Origin: an uncultured Simplicispira sp.
Lineage (GTDB): Bacteria; Pseudomonadota; Gammaproteobacteria; Burkholderiales; Burkholderiaceae_C
NCBI GenBank assembly: GCA_964388325.1
Contig: CAYMAC010000005.1
Coordinates: 63,905-127,904, forward strand
DNA: 64,000 nt
Direction: 5' to 3'
The first letter of the stretch is position 1, and the number at the start of each line of letters is the position of its first letter. Below the pieces are notes generated by a model. That model was not told the origin of the DNA. It made no database searches and worked only from the letters and a program-made list of their open reading frames with translations. Shown one piece after another: positions 1 through 9,944 of the stretch. The translations under genes were made by a program, and so were the position numbers.

Positions 1-1637
1 CCAAAATGCTGCAACCGCCATCCCAACTGCGCGGCAGCCGGGTTTTGGTGGTTGATGACAACCCCTCTGCCGCTGCGGTGCTGGCCGAGATGTTGCAATC
101 TATGGGTTTTGTGGTGCAACAAACCCATTCTGGCCCCGAAGCCTTGGCCGCGCTGTGGCAAGCCAGCACGCAAGCGCAAGCCTTTACGCTGGTACTGTTA
201 GATTGGCAAATGCCCGGCATGGACGGGCTAGAACTGGCCCGGCGCATGGGCGAGATGGACTTGGCCCAGCCCCCGCGCATCGCGATGGTGACGGCCTTTG
301 GCCGCGAAGACGTGCTGCGCTCGGCCAGCAGTTGCGGCATTGTCCAAGTGCTACTCAAGCCGGTCAATGCCTCCATGTTGCTCGACACCATTGTGGAGGT
401 GCTGGCCTGCCCCAAGGGCCAAACAGACCACCCCCAGTCAGCGCCCGATACCCACTTGATACCTCCGGCCTTGCACGGTGCCCGTGTGCTGCTGGTAGAA
501 GACAACCTGCTCAACCAAGAAGTAGCGTGCGCCTTGCTAGAAGAAACCGGCATACAGGTAGATGTGGCCGCTAATGGCCAAATAGCCGTGGAGCTGCTAC
601 AAAACCAACACCCGCATTACGATTTGGTGCTCATGGACATGCAAATGCCCATCATGGACGGCTTGCACGCCACCCGCTGCCTGCGCGCAGACCCACGCTT
701 TGCCACCTTGCCCATCATCGCCATGACCGCCAATGCCCTAGAGGCCGACCGCCAGCGCTGCCTGCAAGCGGGCATGAACGAACACTTGGCCAAGCCAATG
801 GAGCCTGAACGCCTGTGGCAAGTATTGCAACATTGGATTGCCCCACGCTACCCCAATGGCACTGGCCTATCCGCAGCAGTTTCTAGCACCCTTGCACCCA
901 CTGCACCACCAGTAGCTTTGCCCCCGCCCATCGACGGGCTGGATATGGCCTTGGGTTTGCACCATGCATCGGGCAAGCAAGCTTTGTATGCTCATTTGTT
1001 GCAACGCTTCGCCAGCCAACATGCCGATAGCGCCAGCGTCCTGCGTGCCAGCTTGGCCCAAAATGACCACCACAGCGCGCGCCATTTGGCGCACAACCTG
1101 CACGGCTTGGCCGCTACCTTGGGCGCCAGCGCCCTCAGTGCCAGTGCTGCCGCCCTAGAGCAAGCCTTGGACAAAGCCTTAGAACCATCGCCCTTGAACA
1201 GTGACAACCACGCTAACACCCGCACTGTCGCCTGCGTGCCCGCAGACTTCATCGATAAGCTGTGCCAGCAATTGCAAGACGTATTAGAGCCACTACAACG
1301 TTGGCAGGCGCAATCAGCTGCCTCTACGCAGCCAGCGATGCCAAAAAATGCCCGCCCTACCGACGATGACCTGAGCAGCGCTTGGCAGCAGCTTTACACC
1401 CTGCTCCACCAAGATGACCCCGCCGCTGTAGCCTGCCTAGAACGCCATGCCCACACGCTAGCTGCTGGTTTGGCTAAGGCTTGGCCCGCCTTGCAAAGCG
1501 CCGTGCGCCAATTTGACTTTGCCAAAGCGCAAACCTTGCTGGAGCAGCACCCCGCGCCAGCGCAAAACCCAGAACAAACGGCGCAAGCCCCTGCTGCACC
1601 GGGCATTGCCCAGCCACCACAGACGCCACCATTGTGA
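1..1637 (+). CDS. C-terminal part of a hybrid sensor kinase / phosphorelay protein (REC-REC-HPt plus helical tail); the 5' end lies outside the window
   Basis: The frame is open from the window edge (track ORF 6..1637, no upstream stop). Two CheY-like blocks are present ('VLVVDDNPSAA...LLDWQMPGMDG' and 'VLLVEDNLLNQ...LMDMQMPIMDG...IIAMTANA'), followed by the HPt-like motif 'ARHLAHNLHGLAATLGA'. Confidence 0.75.
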   Translation, partial: KMLQPPSQLRGSRVLVVDDNPSAAAVLAEMLQSMGFVVQQTHSGPEALAALWQASTQAQAFTLVLLDWQMPGMDGLELARRMGEMDLAQPPRIAMVTAFGREDVLRSASSCGIVQVLLKPVNASMLLDTIVEVLACPKGQTDHPQSAPDTHLIPPALHGARVLLVEDNLLNQEVACALLEETGIQVDVAANGQIAVELLQNQHPHYDLVLMDMQMPIMDGLHATRCLRADPRFATLPIIAMTANALEADRQRCLQAGMNEHLAKPMEPERLWQVLQHWIAPRYPNGTGLSAAVSSTLAPTAPPVALPPPIDGLDMALGLHHASGKQALYAHLLQRFASQHADSASVLRASLAQNDHHSARHLAHNLHGLAATLGASALSASAAALEQALDKALEPSPLNSDNHANTRTVACVPADFIDKLCQQLQDVLEPLQRWQAQSAASTQPAMPKNARPTDDDLSSAWQQLYTLLHQDDPAAVACLERHAHTLAAGLAKAWPALQSAVRQFDFAKAQTLLEQHPAPAQNPEQTAQAPAAPGIAQPPQTPPL

Positions 1638-1669
1638 TTACACCCGCCGCCCGCACCCTAGGAGAAAGC

Positions 1670-2908
1670 ATGGAAGCCGCCGCCTCTACCACTCCCTCTT
1701 TGCCGCCAACGCAATGGCCCGAGCGGCCCTTGCCCGTGGTGCTGGTGGTGGACGACACGCCAGACAACTTGGCCCTGATGGCCGAATTGCTCAAAGAGCG
1801 CTACAGCGTCAAGGTAGCGGCCAATGGCGAACGCGCCCTCAAAATCGCCCAAACCCAACCCCAGCCCGATTTAGTCCTACTCGACATCATGATGCCGGGC
1901 ATGGATGGTTATGAAGTCTGCCGCCAGCTCAAGGCGCAAGAAAGCACCAAAGACATCCCGGTGATTTTTTTAACCGCACGTACCGACACCGAAGACGAGC
2001 GCCAAGGCTTGGCCTTGGGGGCGGTGGACTACATCACCAAACCCGTCAGTCCGCCCATTTTGCTGGCACGGGTGCAAACCCATTTGGCCCTGAAAGCCAC
2101 AGCAGACTTTTTGCGCGACAAAAGCGCCTACCTAGAGCGCGAAGTGGCCCTGCGTACCCTAGAGGTACAAGCCATTCAAGATGTCACCATCATGGCCATG
2201 ACCTCTTTGGCCGAAACGCGCGACGACGAAACCGGCAACCATATCCGGCGCACCCAGTTGTACGTTAAAGCCTTGGCCGAGCGCCTGCGCCTGCAGCCGC
2301 GTTTTGAGGCCCAACTGAACGAGCGCATGATTGAGCTGATTTACAAATCAGCACCGCTACACGATATTGGCAAAATTGGTATCTCAGATGCCATCTTGCT
2401 CAAGCCGGGTAAGCTCACCCCAGAAGAGTTTGTTGCCATGCAGCGCCATCCGGGTTTGGGGCGCAAAGCCATCGAGGGGGCCGAGCGCCGCTTAGGGATG
2501 CGCGTGCCGTTTTTACGCATTGCCAAAGACATGGCCTATAGCCACCACGAGCATTGGGACGGCAGTGGCTACCCCGAAGGTTTGGTGGGCGAAGAAATTC
2601 CGCTGCCGGGCCGCCTGATGGCGCTGGCCGATGTCTATGATGCCTTGGTGCATCCACGCATCTACCGTCCCCAGCCCTTTACCCATGAGCAAGCCTGCAC
2701 CATGCTCATACGGGGCCGGGGCACCCAGTTTGACCCGAAAGTGATAGACGCTTTCATCGACATTGCCGATGATTTTCAGCGCATTGCGCGCAATTACCCC
2801 GATGGCGACTGCAGCCCTGTGGCCCAAATTGGACAACCCAAACCAGCACGGCCCAACCCAAAAGCACGCTGTTGGTTGGCCGATGCCGATGAGGATGGGC
2901 GCGCTTAA
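1670..2908 (+). CDS. Response regulator with REC + HD-GYP domain (RpfG-type, putative c-di-GMP phosphodiesterase)
   Basis: REC motif 'VVLVVDDTPDN...LLDIMMPGMDG'; HD-GYP motifs 'HDIGKIG' and 'HHEHWDGSGYPEGL'. I chose ATG 1670, which is preceded by GGAGA. An alternative GTG at 1634 overlaps the upstream stop as GTGA. Confidence 0.85.
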   Translation: MEAAASTTPSLPPTQWPERPLPVVLVVDDTPDNLALMAELLKERYSVKVAANGERALKIAQTQPQPDLVLLDIMMPGMDGYEVCRQLKAQESTKDIPVIFLTARTDTEDERQGLALGAVDYITKPVSPPILLARVQTHLALKATADFLRDKSAYLEREVALRTLEVQAIQDVTIMAMTSLAETRDDETGNHIRRTQLYVKALAERLRLQPRFEAQLNERMIELIYKSAPLHDIGKIGISDAILLKPGKLTPEEFVAMQRHPGLGRKAIEGAERRLGMRVPFLRIAKDMAYSHHEHWDGSGYPEGLVGEEIPLPGRLMALADVYDALVHPRIYRPQPFTHEQACTMLIRGRGTQFDPKVIDAFIDIADDFQRIARNYPDGDCSPVAQIGQPKPARPNPKARCWLADADEDGRA

Positions 2909-3811
2909 TTAAAACGGGGCGTCGGAGATGTCGCTGGTTGCTGCTGGCGTGTCTGCATTGTCAGTGGCATCGGCTTGGCGCAGGCCGGCTTTTTCTCCGG
3001 CGCTGGCAAATTGGCTGTATTTGCCCAAAATACCCACCAACTGACCATAAATGCGTGGGTTGCCCGCCAAACATTCGCCCTGTTCTAAAAAATCGGCCTC
3101 GCCGGTAAAGTTGCCCACCAAGCCACCGGCTTCGGTCACCAACAAAGAGCCAGCGGCTACATCCCAAATGCTCAGGCCGGTTTCAAAAAAGCCATCGCAA
3201 TAACCAGCGGCGATATAGGCCAAATCGAGTGCTGCTGCACCGGGGCGGCGCAAACCAGCGGTGCGCGGCATGATGTCGGCCATCATCCGCATGTAGTTTT
3301 GGAAGTTGTCGCCGGGGCGGAATGGAAAGCCAGTAGAAATCAGGCTGTCTTTGAGCTGGGTACGCTTGCTCACGCGAAGGCGCCGGTCATTGAGGTAAGC
3401 GCCCCGGCCTTTGGTGGCGGTGAACAAATCGTTGCGCGAAGGGTCATAAACCACCGCCTGCTCAATTTTGCCGCGCACCGATAGTGCAATGCTCACGGCA
3501 TATACTGGAAAGCCGTGGATGAAGTTGGTGGTGCCGTCTAGTGGGTCAATAATCCAGACAAACTCTGAATCTTTGGCCCCATGCTCGCTGCCCGATTCTT
3601 CGGCTCGAATGCCGTGGCCGGGGTAGGCAGTGAGCAGGGTTTCGATAATCACCTGCTCGCTGGCGTGGTCTACTTCAGTCACAAAGTCGTTAATCTGCTT
3701 TTGCGAAATACGCACCGCCTCCACGTCTAAAGCCGCGCGGTTGATGAGGGCGCCGGCGGCGCGGGCAGCCTTAATGGCCACGTTGAGCATGGGGTGCAAA
3801 TTAGACGACAT
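2909..3811 (-). CDS. suhB: Inositol monophosphatase family protein SuhB
   Basis: N-terminus '[20 protein letters not shown]' and motif '[15 protein letters not shown]'. Start moved to ATG 3811 (CAT at 3809-3811). It is divergent from trmJ, as in many proteobacteria. There is a C-terminal extension of about 35 aa. Confidence 0.85.
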   Translation of the reverse strand: MSSNLHPMLNVAIKAARAAGALINRAALDVEAVRISQKQINDFVTEVDHASEQVIIETLLTAYPGHGIRAEESGSEHGAKDSEFVWIIDPLDGTTNFIHGFPVYAVSIALSVRGKIEQAVVYDPSRNDLFTATKGRGAYLNDRRLRVSKRTQLKDSLISTGFPFRPGDNFQNYMRMMADIMPRTAGLRRPGAAALDLAYIAAGYCDGFFETGLSIWDVAAGSLLVTEAGGLVGNFTGEADFLEQGECLAGNPRIYGQLVGILGKYSQFASAGEKAGLRQADATDNADTPAATSDISDAPF

Positions 3812-3963
3812 AAATTGTGGGAGTAGGTGCGCCGGGCAACAAGACCGCAACGCACAGGCCAAGAACAAGAAGAGCGCAGCCCGGCGATGCGCGCGGCGAC
3901 AATAAGACCCCCGATTTTAGCCTTGCTGCCTGCTTTCTGTGCAGCCCTCACCCACGTCAATCC

Positions 3964-4719
3964 ATGAAAACCCGCTTCATCCTCATCCAAACCAGCCACG
4001 CTGGCAATGTCGGCGCCGCTGCCCGCGCCCTGAAAACGATGGGCTTTGATGATTTGGTGCTAGTGGCCCCGCGTTGGCCCAATGTGTTGCGCCGCGAAGA
4101 AACCATCCAGCGCGCCAGCGGTGCCTTGGATGTGCTGAAAAATGCCCGCATCGTCGAAACCTTAGACGAGGCGCTAGACGGCCTGAGCCACCTGTGCGCC
4201 ACGGCCATGACCCCGCGTGATTTTGGCCCGCCCAGCCGCTTTCCGCGCCAACATTTTGAGCAACTGCTGCAACCCGAATTACCGCCCTTGGCCAGCCGAG
4301 AAACCGGCATCGGCTTCTTGTTTGGCTGCGAGCGCTTTGGCATGGCCAATGAAGATGTCTATCGCTGTGACGTAGCCTTGCAGATTCCGACCAACCCGCA
4401 GTTTGGCTCGCTCAATTTGGCCTCAGCCATCCAAGTGATTGCTTACGAATGGCGCCAAGCCTTGGGCGGATTTACTGAACACGCACCGCCCCCCACTGCT
4501 GCCGTGCTCCAGCGTGCCGATGCTGCACAAGTAGCAGGTATGTTGGCACATTGGGAGCAAGCACTGGTGGCCGTTGGCTTTTTAGACCCGGCTTCACCGA
4601 AAAAGCTCATGCCTCGGCTGAACCAATTGTTCAATCGGGCGCAATTGCAGACCGAAGAAATCCACATCCTGCGTGGTGTTGCCAAAGCCATGCTCGAAGC
4701 AGCGCGGGCAAAAGACTAA
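3964..4719 (+). CDS. trmJ: tRNA (cytidine/uridine-2'-O-)-methyltransferase TrmJ (SpoU/TrmH class)
   Basis: 'MKTRFILIQTSHAGNVGAAARALKTMGF' closely resembles the TrmJ N-terminus. ATG at 3964; the track ORF 3817.. is an upstream extension. Confidence 0.8.
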   Translation: MKTRFILIQTSHAGNVGAAARALKTMGFDDLVLVAPRWPNVLRREETIQRASGALDVLKNARIVETLDEALDGLSHLCATAMTPRDFGPPSRFPRQHFEQLLQPELPPLASRETGIGFLFGCERFGMANEDVYRCDVALQIPTNPQFGSLNLASAIQVIAYEWRQALGGFTEHAPPPTAAVLQRADAAQVAGMLAHWEQALVAVGFLDPASPKKLMPRLNQLFNRAQLQTEEIHILRGVAKAMLEAARAKD

Positions 4720-4761
4720 ACTTGCTTGCTCTTTCATTTGCACTGCTGCCACCATCTGCCC

Positions 4762-5544
4762 ATGTTTACCCGCCTGCGCTCCGACATCCAGTGCATCCTA
4801 GAGCGCGACCCCGCCGCGCGCAGCCGCTGGGAGGTACTCACCTGCTACCCCGGCCTACACGCCTTGGTATTGCACCGGCGCGCCCATTGGTGCTGGACGC
4901 ATGGCCTGAAATGGCTGGGGCGTTTTATTTCGCACACCGCCCGCTGGCTCACGGGCATTGAAATCCACCCCGGCGCGCAAATTGCCCCCTGTGTGTTTAT
5001 TGACCACGGTATGGGCGTGGTGATTGGCGAAACCGCCGAAATCGGCCCCGGTTGCACCATTTACCACGGGGTTACGCTGGGCGGCACGTCTTTGTACAAA
5101 GGTGCCAAGCGCCATCCCACCTTGGGGGCGAATGTGGTGGTGGGGGCGGGGGCCAAAGTATTGGGTGGTTTTACTGTGGGCGATGGGGCCAAAATTGGCA
5201 GCAATGCCGTCGTCACCAAGCCGGTGCCCGCCGGGGCCACCGCCGTGGGCAACCCGGCGCGCATCATTGAGGCCCAAGCCGATGTGCGCCGCGAAGAGGC
5301 CGCTTCCAAAATGGGTTTTTCTGCCTACGGTGTCACGCAAAGCGATGACCCACTCTCGCAAGCCATGCGCGGCCTGATTGACAGCGCCAGCGCACAAGAA
5401 CACCAAATCACCCTGCTTTGGCAAGCCATAGAAAAACTGGCGGCTACCCCAGCCAGCAGCCAAAGCACGGATTGCGTGCCCGCCGATGCCGCACGCCAAG
5501 AGCATTTTGAGGCCGACAAGCTCAATGCGCTGGTGGGCAAATAA
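4762..5544 (+). CDS. cysE: Serine O-acetyltransferase
   Basis: '[21 protein letters not shown]', hexapeptide-repeat core '[28 protein letters not shown]...YHGVTLGG'. ATG at 4762. Confidence 0.85.
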   Translation: MFTRLRSDIQCILERDPAARSRWEVLTCYPGLHALVLHRRAHWCWTHGLKWLGRFISHTARWLTGIEIHPGAQIAPCVFIDHGMGVVIGETAEIGPGCTIYHGVTLGGTSLYKGAKRHPTLGANVVVGAGAKVLGGFTVGDGAKIGSNAVVTKPVPAGATAVGNPARIIEAQADVRREEAASKMGFSAYGVTQSDDPLSQAMRGLIDSASAQEHQITLLWQAIEKLAATPASSQSTDCVPADAARQEHFEADKLNALVGK

Positions 5545-5587
5545 GCCACCAGTGCCAGCCCGTTTTTTGTTTTAGGAGATTGAAGCT

Positions 5588-6247
5588 ATGGACGTATCCC
5601 AAGCCTTGCAACAGCGCCGCTCGGTGCGCGCCTTTTTGCCCCAAGCCCCCAGCACCACGGTGGTGCGTGAGATAGTAGAGCGTGCCGCCTGCGCCGCTTC
5701 GGGGGGCAACCTACAACCTTGGCGCGTCATTGCCCTGACCGGCGAACCCTTGGCCCAGGTGCTGCAAGCCGCGAATGAATCGAACCCCGAAGAATACGCC
5801 AACAGCATGGCCTACCCGCCCAATTTATGGGAGCCTTACCGTAGCCGCCGTTTTGCCAATGGCGAAGCCTTGTACCGCACCCTGAACATCCCACGCGAAG
5901 ACAAAGCCGGGCGCTTGCGCCAGTTGGCTAAAAATGCCCAATTCTTTGGTGCGCCAGTGGGCATTTTTATTTGCATTGACGAGCGCATGGGTGAGCCACA
6001 GTGGATGGACGTGGGCATCTACATGCAATCTTTGATGTTGCAAGCCACTGAGCAAGGTTTAGCCACCTGCGCCCAAGGCTTTTGGCGCAAATACACCGAG
6101 GTGCTGCGCCAGCCTTTGGGCCTGCCCCAACCTTACACCATCGCTTGCGGCATCGCTTTGGGCTATGAAGACCAAAACGCGCCCATCAACAGCTTGGTCG
6201 CTGGCCGTGCTGCGTTTGATGAGTGGGCCACCATGCGCGGTTTTTAA
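5588..6247 (+). CDS. Nitroreductase family protein
   Basis: 'RRSVRAFLPQ...AACAASGGNLQPWRV' is a typical nitroreductase N-terminus. AGGAG RBS at 5574-5578. Confidence 0.8.
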   Translation: MDVSQALQQRRSVRAFLPQAPSTTVVREIVERAACAASGGNLQPWRVIALTGEPLAQVLQAANESNPEEYANSMAYPPNLWEPYRSRRFANGEALYRTLNIPREDKAGRLRQLAKNAQFFGAPVGIFICIDERMGEPQWMDVGIYMQSLMLQATEQGLATCAQGFWRKYTEVLRQPLGLPQPYTIACGIALGYEDQNAPINSLVAGRAAFDEWATMRGF

Positions 6248-6342
6248 GCAACCACAGCACGCCTAGCCGTATTACCTACAATCTGGCACCTTGGCAGCGG
6301 GCGCAATCGCGCAGCCAGTTTGCTGATTTATAAGGAATTTCC

Positions 6343-7437
6343 ATGAGCCTCAAATGTGGCATCGTTGGCCTGCCTAACGTGGGCAAGTCCACCCTGTTTA
6401 ACGCCCTGACCAAAGCGGGCATTGCTGCCGAAAACTACCCCTTCTGCACCATCGAGCCCAATACCGGCGTGGTTGAAGTGCCCGACCCGCGTTTGCAGCA
6501 ACTGGCCCAAATTATTGAGCCTGAGCGCATCGTACCCGCCATTGTGGAGTTTGTTGATATTGCGGGCCTGGTAGCCGGTGCCTCCAAAGGCGAAGGCTTG
6601 GGCAACCAATTTTTGGCCCACATCCGCGAGACCGATGCCATTGTGAACGTGGTGCGCTGCTTTGACGACGACAACGTGATTCACGTTGCCAACCGGGTGG
6701 ACCCCATTGCCGACATTGAAGTCATCCAAACCGAGCTGTGTTTGGCCGACTTGGGCACGGTAGAAAAAGCCCTGAATCGCTACAGCAAGGCGGCCAAATC
6801 GGGCAATGACAAAGAAGCTGCCAAACTGGTGGCCCTGCTCACACGCATTCAGGCCGCGCTAGACCAAGGCAAGCCCGCACGCACGGTAGAAGTGAGCAAA
6901 GAAGACCAGCCGTTGCTCAAGTCCTTTTGCCTGATTACCGCCAAGCCGGCCATGTTTGTCGGCAACGTGGCCGAAGATGGCTTTGAGAACAACCCCTACC
7001 TAGAGCGCCTGCAAGAATACGCTGCCAGCCAAAATGCGCCAGTAGTGGCTATTTGCGCCAAAATGGAAGCCGAAATGGCCGAAATGAGCGACGAAGACCG
7101 CGATATGTTCTTGGCCGAAATGGGCCAAACCGAACCGGGCCTCAATCGTCTGATTCGTGCCGGTTTTAAGCTATTGGGCTTGCAAACTTACTTTACCGCT
7201 GGCGTCAAAGAAGTGCGCGCTTGGACGATTCGCATTGGCGATACCGCCCCCCAAGCCGCTGGCGTGATTCACGGTGACTTTGAGCGCGGCTTTATCCGCG
7301 CCCAAACCATCGCCTTTGATGACTTCATCCAATACAAAGGCGAGCAGGGCGCCAAAGATGCGGGCAAGATGCGCGCCGAAGGCAAAGAGTACGTGGTCAA
7401 AGACGGCGACGTACTGAACTTTTTGTTCAACGTTTAA
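6343..7437 (+). CDS. ychF: Redox-regulated ATPase YchF (Obg-like GTPase family)
   Basis: '[18 protein letters not shown]' P-loop and the conserved C-terminus '[14 protein letters not shown]'. AAGGA RBS upstream. Confidence 0.95.
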   Translation: MSLKCGIVGLPNVGKSTLFNALTKAGIAAENYPFCTIEPNTGVVEVPDPRLQQLAQIIEPERIVPAIVEFVDIAGLVAGASKGEGLGNQFLAHIRETDAIVNVVRCFDDDNVIHVANRVDPIADIEVIQTELCLADLGTVEKALNRYSKAAKSGNDKEAAKLVALLTRIQAALDQGKPARTVEVSKEDQPLLKSFCLITAKPAMFVGNVAEDGFENNPYLERLQEYAASQNAPVVAICAKMEAEMAEMSDEDRDMFLAEMGQTEPGLNRLIRAGFKLLGLQTYFTAGVKEVRAWTIRIGDTAPQAAGVIHGDFERGFIRAQTIAFDDFIQYKGEQGAKDAGKMRAEGKEYVVKDGDVLNFLFNV

Positions 7438-7462
7438 GCCGATAGCTGGTGCGTTTGGCCCA

Positions 7463-8941
7463 TCAAGGGTAAAACGCCAGCACCCGATAGCCCGCCATCG
7501 GCGCATTGCCGGTGGCGGTAATACGTACCAGCACGGTAGAGCTGGATTCGGCATGGGCGGCCAGCGTGTTGCTTGCGCCTAACTGTTGCGGGGTGAACAC
7601 GCGCCGCAGTACCGGCTGCTCATTGGCATCGGTCAGGGTCAGCTCAACGGCGGGCATCTCTAGCACCAAGTCTGAGCGATTTTTGAGCGTGACGGCAAAA
7701 TGATAGACACCGCCATCTACCCGATTGAACGACGAGCTTTCTACCACCACCGAGCTAATTTGCCGGTGTAGCTGTACCTTGCAATCGAAGGGGGCGCACA
7801 GTAGCTCTAGCATGGGCCGCCAAGAGGGATGCGCTGCCGCCAAGCGGTGGCGGTCGTGCAGCAAAATTTGCCCGATGAGCGTTAGTAACAACAGCAAAGC
7901 CAACAGGGCCAAGCTGAGGCGCACCGCTGGTTGACGCCATAGCGCTTGGCGCCGTGCAGCGCGCACAAAAGAAGGCTCATCGGGATGCTTGCGCTCAGTA
8001 GCAGCAGCGGTTGCTGCCGCAGCAGTAGCTGCTGCTGCCATGACGGGGGCGGCTGGCCCTGCTGCCTGCGTGGGCACATCATCATCGAAGGTGGCTGTGG
8101 TGGCGGTAGGTGGGCTGGCCGCGGCGGGGGCAGACCAACTAGGCTCAATGCGGCCATCGACGCTGGCGGTTGGAGTGGGCGTTGCCAGCCCATGTTTTGG
8201 CAAAGGAGCCAAACTGGGGGTTAAGTCCAACTCGGGCATCACCGGCTCTGTGGGGGCCTCGGTGGCGCTGGCGTTGGCCAGTTCTGTGCTGGCTGCTGGG
8301 TCGGGTTCTGGCTCTAAGGCGGGTTCAGGCCAATCGATATCCGTAGGAATGCTACAAGCTGGAATCGGCGCAGGGGCAGGCACAGCCGGGGGCGCTGCTG
8401 GCATGGCTGGAGCCACTGCGGGCACGGCAGTGGGTGCGGGTGGGGGAGCGGGAGGTGCTTCCTCGGGCCAATCGAGTTCTACGCTGGCCGCGCTATTGGG
8501 GCTGGCTGGCGGCGCTGGCACGGCCAAGCTGGCTGGGATAGCCGCAGGTGTTGGGTTGGCTGCTGCTGGCAAGTCCAGTTCCAGCGCTAATTCAGGGGCC
8601 GCAAAATCGAGTACCTCGGGCGCGGCACTGGCCGTATCTTCTGGTGTTGCCGCTGCTGGCGGCGGCGGCAGCGGTATTTCCCAAGGGTCGTCAGCACTAT
8701 TGGCTACGGCAGAAGATGCCGGGCTTACAGCGGCTGCTGTTGGTGCCTCTTCTATGGCAGTGCCAGATGCGTCGGGGGCAGAGCTGGTGGCAGATGGTGG
8801 CGGTACAGATTGCAGATGCAGTGTGGCATCAAACACATGCTGGCAATGGCCACAGCGCACCCAGCCCTCGGAAATGCGAAGTTGGTCTGCCACGACTTTG
8901 AACAGCGTCGTGCAAGATGGGCAACGGGTGATTTGGCTCAT
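7463..8941 (-). CDS. Zinc-ribbon (MJ0042-type) / DUF3426-like membrane protein with a long Pro/Ala-rich low-complexity linker
   Basis: N-terminal 'CPSCTTLFKV...VRCGHCQHVFDA' zinc ribbon, a P/A-rich region of about 250 aa, one TM segment ('LSLALLALLLLLTLIGQILL'), and a C-terminal beta-rich domain. It sits next to prmA, a conserved position. Confidence 0.7.
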   Translation of the reverse strand: MSQITRCPSCTTLFKVVADQLRISEGWVRCGHCQHVFDATLHLQSVPPPSATSSAPDASGTAIEEAPTAAAVSPASSAVANSADDPWEIPLPPPPAAATPEDTASAAPEVLDFAAPELALELDLPAAANPTPAAIPASLAVPAPPASPNSAASVELDWPEEAPPAPPPAPTAVPAVAPAMPAAPPAVPAPAPIPACSIPTDIDWPEPALEPEPDPAASTELANASATEAPTEPVMPELDLTPSLAPLPKHGLATPTPTASVDGRIEPSWSAPAAASPPTATTATFDDDVPTQAAGPAAPVMAAAATAAAATAAATERKHPDEPSFVRAARRQALWRQPAVRLSLALLALLLLLTLIGQILLHDRHRLAAAHPSWRPMLELLCAPFDCKVQLHRQISSVVVESSSFNRVDGGVYHFAVTLKNRSDLVLEMPAVELTLTDANEQPVLRRVFTPQQLGASNTLAAHAESSSTVLVRITATGNAPMAGYRVLAFYP

Positions 8942-8974
8942 CGGCGGTGGCGGGTAGGCGGGTGTGGCTGGCGC

Positions 8975-9859
8975 TTAGCGTTGTGCGGTCATTAAAATCC
9001 AGCCCTCTTGGGCATCGGCCACTTGCAGTGGCAGATAGGGGGCGTAGGCTTCTTTCAGCTCGTCGGCTTGGCGCTCTAGGATGCCAGCCAGCACCAGATG
9101 GCCGCCAGCGGCTACATGGGCGCACAGCAGCGGCGCCAGCACGCGCAATGGCGTGGCCAAAATGTTGGCCAGCACAGTTTGGTAACTGCCTTGGGCCAAT
9201 TCTGGCAGGCCCGAGCGCATCTGCACGCCATTGGCGTGGGCGTTTTGCTGGCTAGATTCAACGGCAGCCGGGTCAATATCCACCGCGTCAATGTCTTGCG
9301 CGCCAAACTTGGCCGCGCCAATGGCCAAAATGCCCGAGCCACAGCCATAGTCCAACACCCGGCCCAAGCTGCCCTCGGGCTGGCGGGCAATCCAGCGCAA
9401 GCACATGCGCGTGGTGGGATGCGTGCCGGTGCCAAAGGCCAAGCCGGGGTCTAGCCGAATGGTGCGCGTGGCTTGCGCTGGTGGTTCGTGCCAAGTGGGC
9501 ACAATCCAAAAATCGGGGGTGATGTCCACCGGGGTAAATTGCGATTGCGTCAGGCGCACCCAGTCTTGGTCTTCTAAGGGGCTGATGCCCAGCACGCTAC
9601 AACCGTCAAAAAACTCTTGCGCTTGCAACAGATTGCGCGCTTCTTCGGCCAAGGCTTGGTTGGCAAACAGGGCGACGATGCGGCTGCGTTGCCAGCCATC
9701 TTGCGGGGGCGGCATACCGGGTTCACCAAACAGGGCTTGCTCGGCATCGGTCTGGGCATCGGCATCTTCTACCGAGACGCTCAGGGCATCCAGTGCGTCC
9801 AGCGCATCGCTCAAAGATTCGACCCGGTCTTGCGGGCTCATCAGACTCAATTCATACAT
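8975..9859 (-). CDS. prmA: Ribosomal protein L11 methyltransferase
   Basis: 'VLDYGCGSGILAIGAAKFGA' SAM motif. Start ATG at 9859 (MYELSL...). Lies downstream of accBC. Confidence 0.9.
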   Translation of the reverse strand: MYELSLMSPQDRVESLSDALDALDALSVSVEDADAQTDAEQALFGEPGMPPPQDGWQRSRIVALFANQALAEEARNLLQAQEFFDGCSVLGISPLEDQDWVRLTQSQFTPVDITPDFWIVPTWHEPPAQATRTIRLDPGLAFGTGTHPTTRMCLRWIARQPEGSLGRVLDYGCGSGILAIGAAKFGAQDIDAVDIDPAAVESSQQNAHANGVQMRSGLPELAQGSYQTVLANILATPLRVLAPLLCAHVAAGGHLVLAGILERQADELKEAYAPYLPLQVADAQEGWILMTAQR

Positions 9860-9888
9860 GGCTGGTGGGGGCCTTTGGCACAGCAATG

Positions 9889-9926
9889 AAAAAAAACAGG
9901 CCCGCGCCCGGTGCTTGGCGCAGGCC
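9889..9926 (-). terminator. Rho-independent terminator after accC (minus strand)
   Basis: A 10-bp GC-rich stem pairs 9899-9908 with 9917-9926. One position is G.U on the minus-strand RNA but C.A on the plus strand, so the stem is minus-strand specific. The loop is 8 nt and is followed on the minus strand by TG + T8 (9889-9896). Confidence 0.7.
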
Positions 9927-9944
9927 CCTATCAGGGCAAGAGGC

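Noticed and set aside
2905-2912. TTAATTAA 8-bp palindrome in GC-rich context as a regulatory site
   Set aside because: It is fully explained by two abutting stop codons (TAA of the HD-GYP gene and TAA of suhB on the other strand). It is noted only as part of the convergent-junction pattern.
3817-3963. Upstream extensions of many track ORFs (e.g. 3817 trmJ, 4726 cysE, 13058 mpl, 19997 greB, 30844 RND, 53678 MBL, 54558 MATE, 59057 fmt, 60057 azlC, 60713 azlD)
   Set aside because: The extensions overlap neighbouring genes or RNA genes and have non-protein-like composition. In each case an internal ATG coincides with the conserved family N-terminus and usually with an SD or a stop-start overlap.
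5530-5568. Hairpin over the cysE stop codon followed by a T6 run as a terminator
   Set aside because: The 7-bp stem (5530-5536 / 5546-5552) is separated from the T-run by about 10 nt, so it is not a canonical intrinsic terminator. The nitroreductase gene starts 20 nt later and may be co-transcribed.
7990-8760. Repetitive GCTGC/GGCGG-rich DNA that looks array-like at first glance
   Set aside because: It is the codon-level consequence of a Pro/Ala low-complexity linker. There is no regular repeat-spacer periodicity.
7989-8957. 322-aa Ala/Gly/Ser-rich plus-strand ORF
   Set aside because: It is the mirror image of the Pro/Ala-rich linker of the DUF3426 zinc-ribbon protein. The minus-strand gene has a zinc ribbon, a TM segment and conserved synteny, and the plus-strand ORF has none of these.
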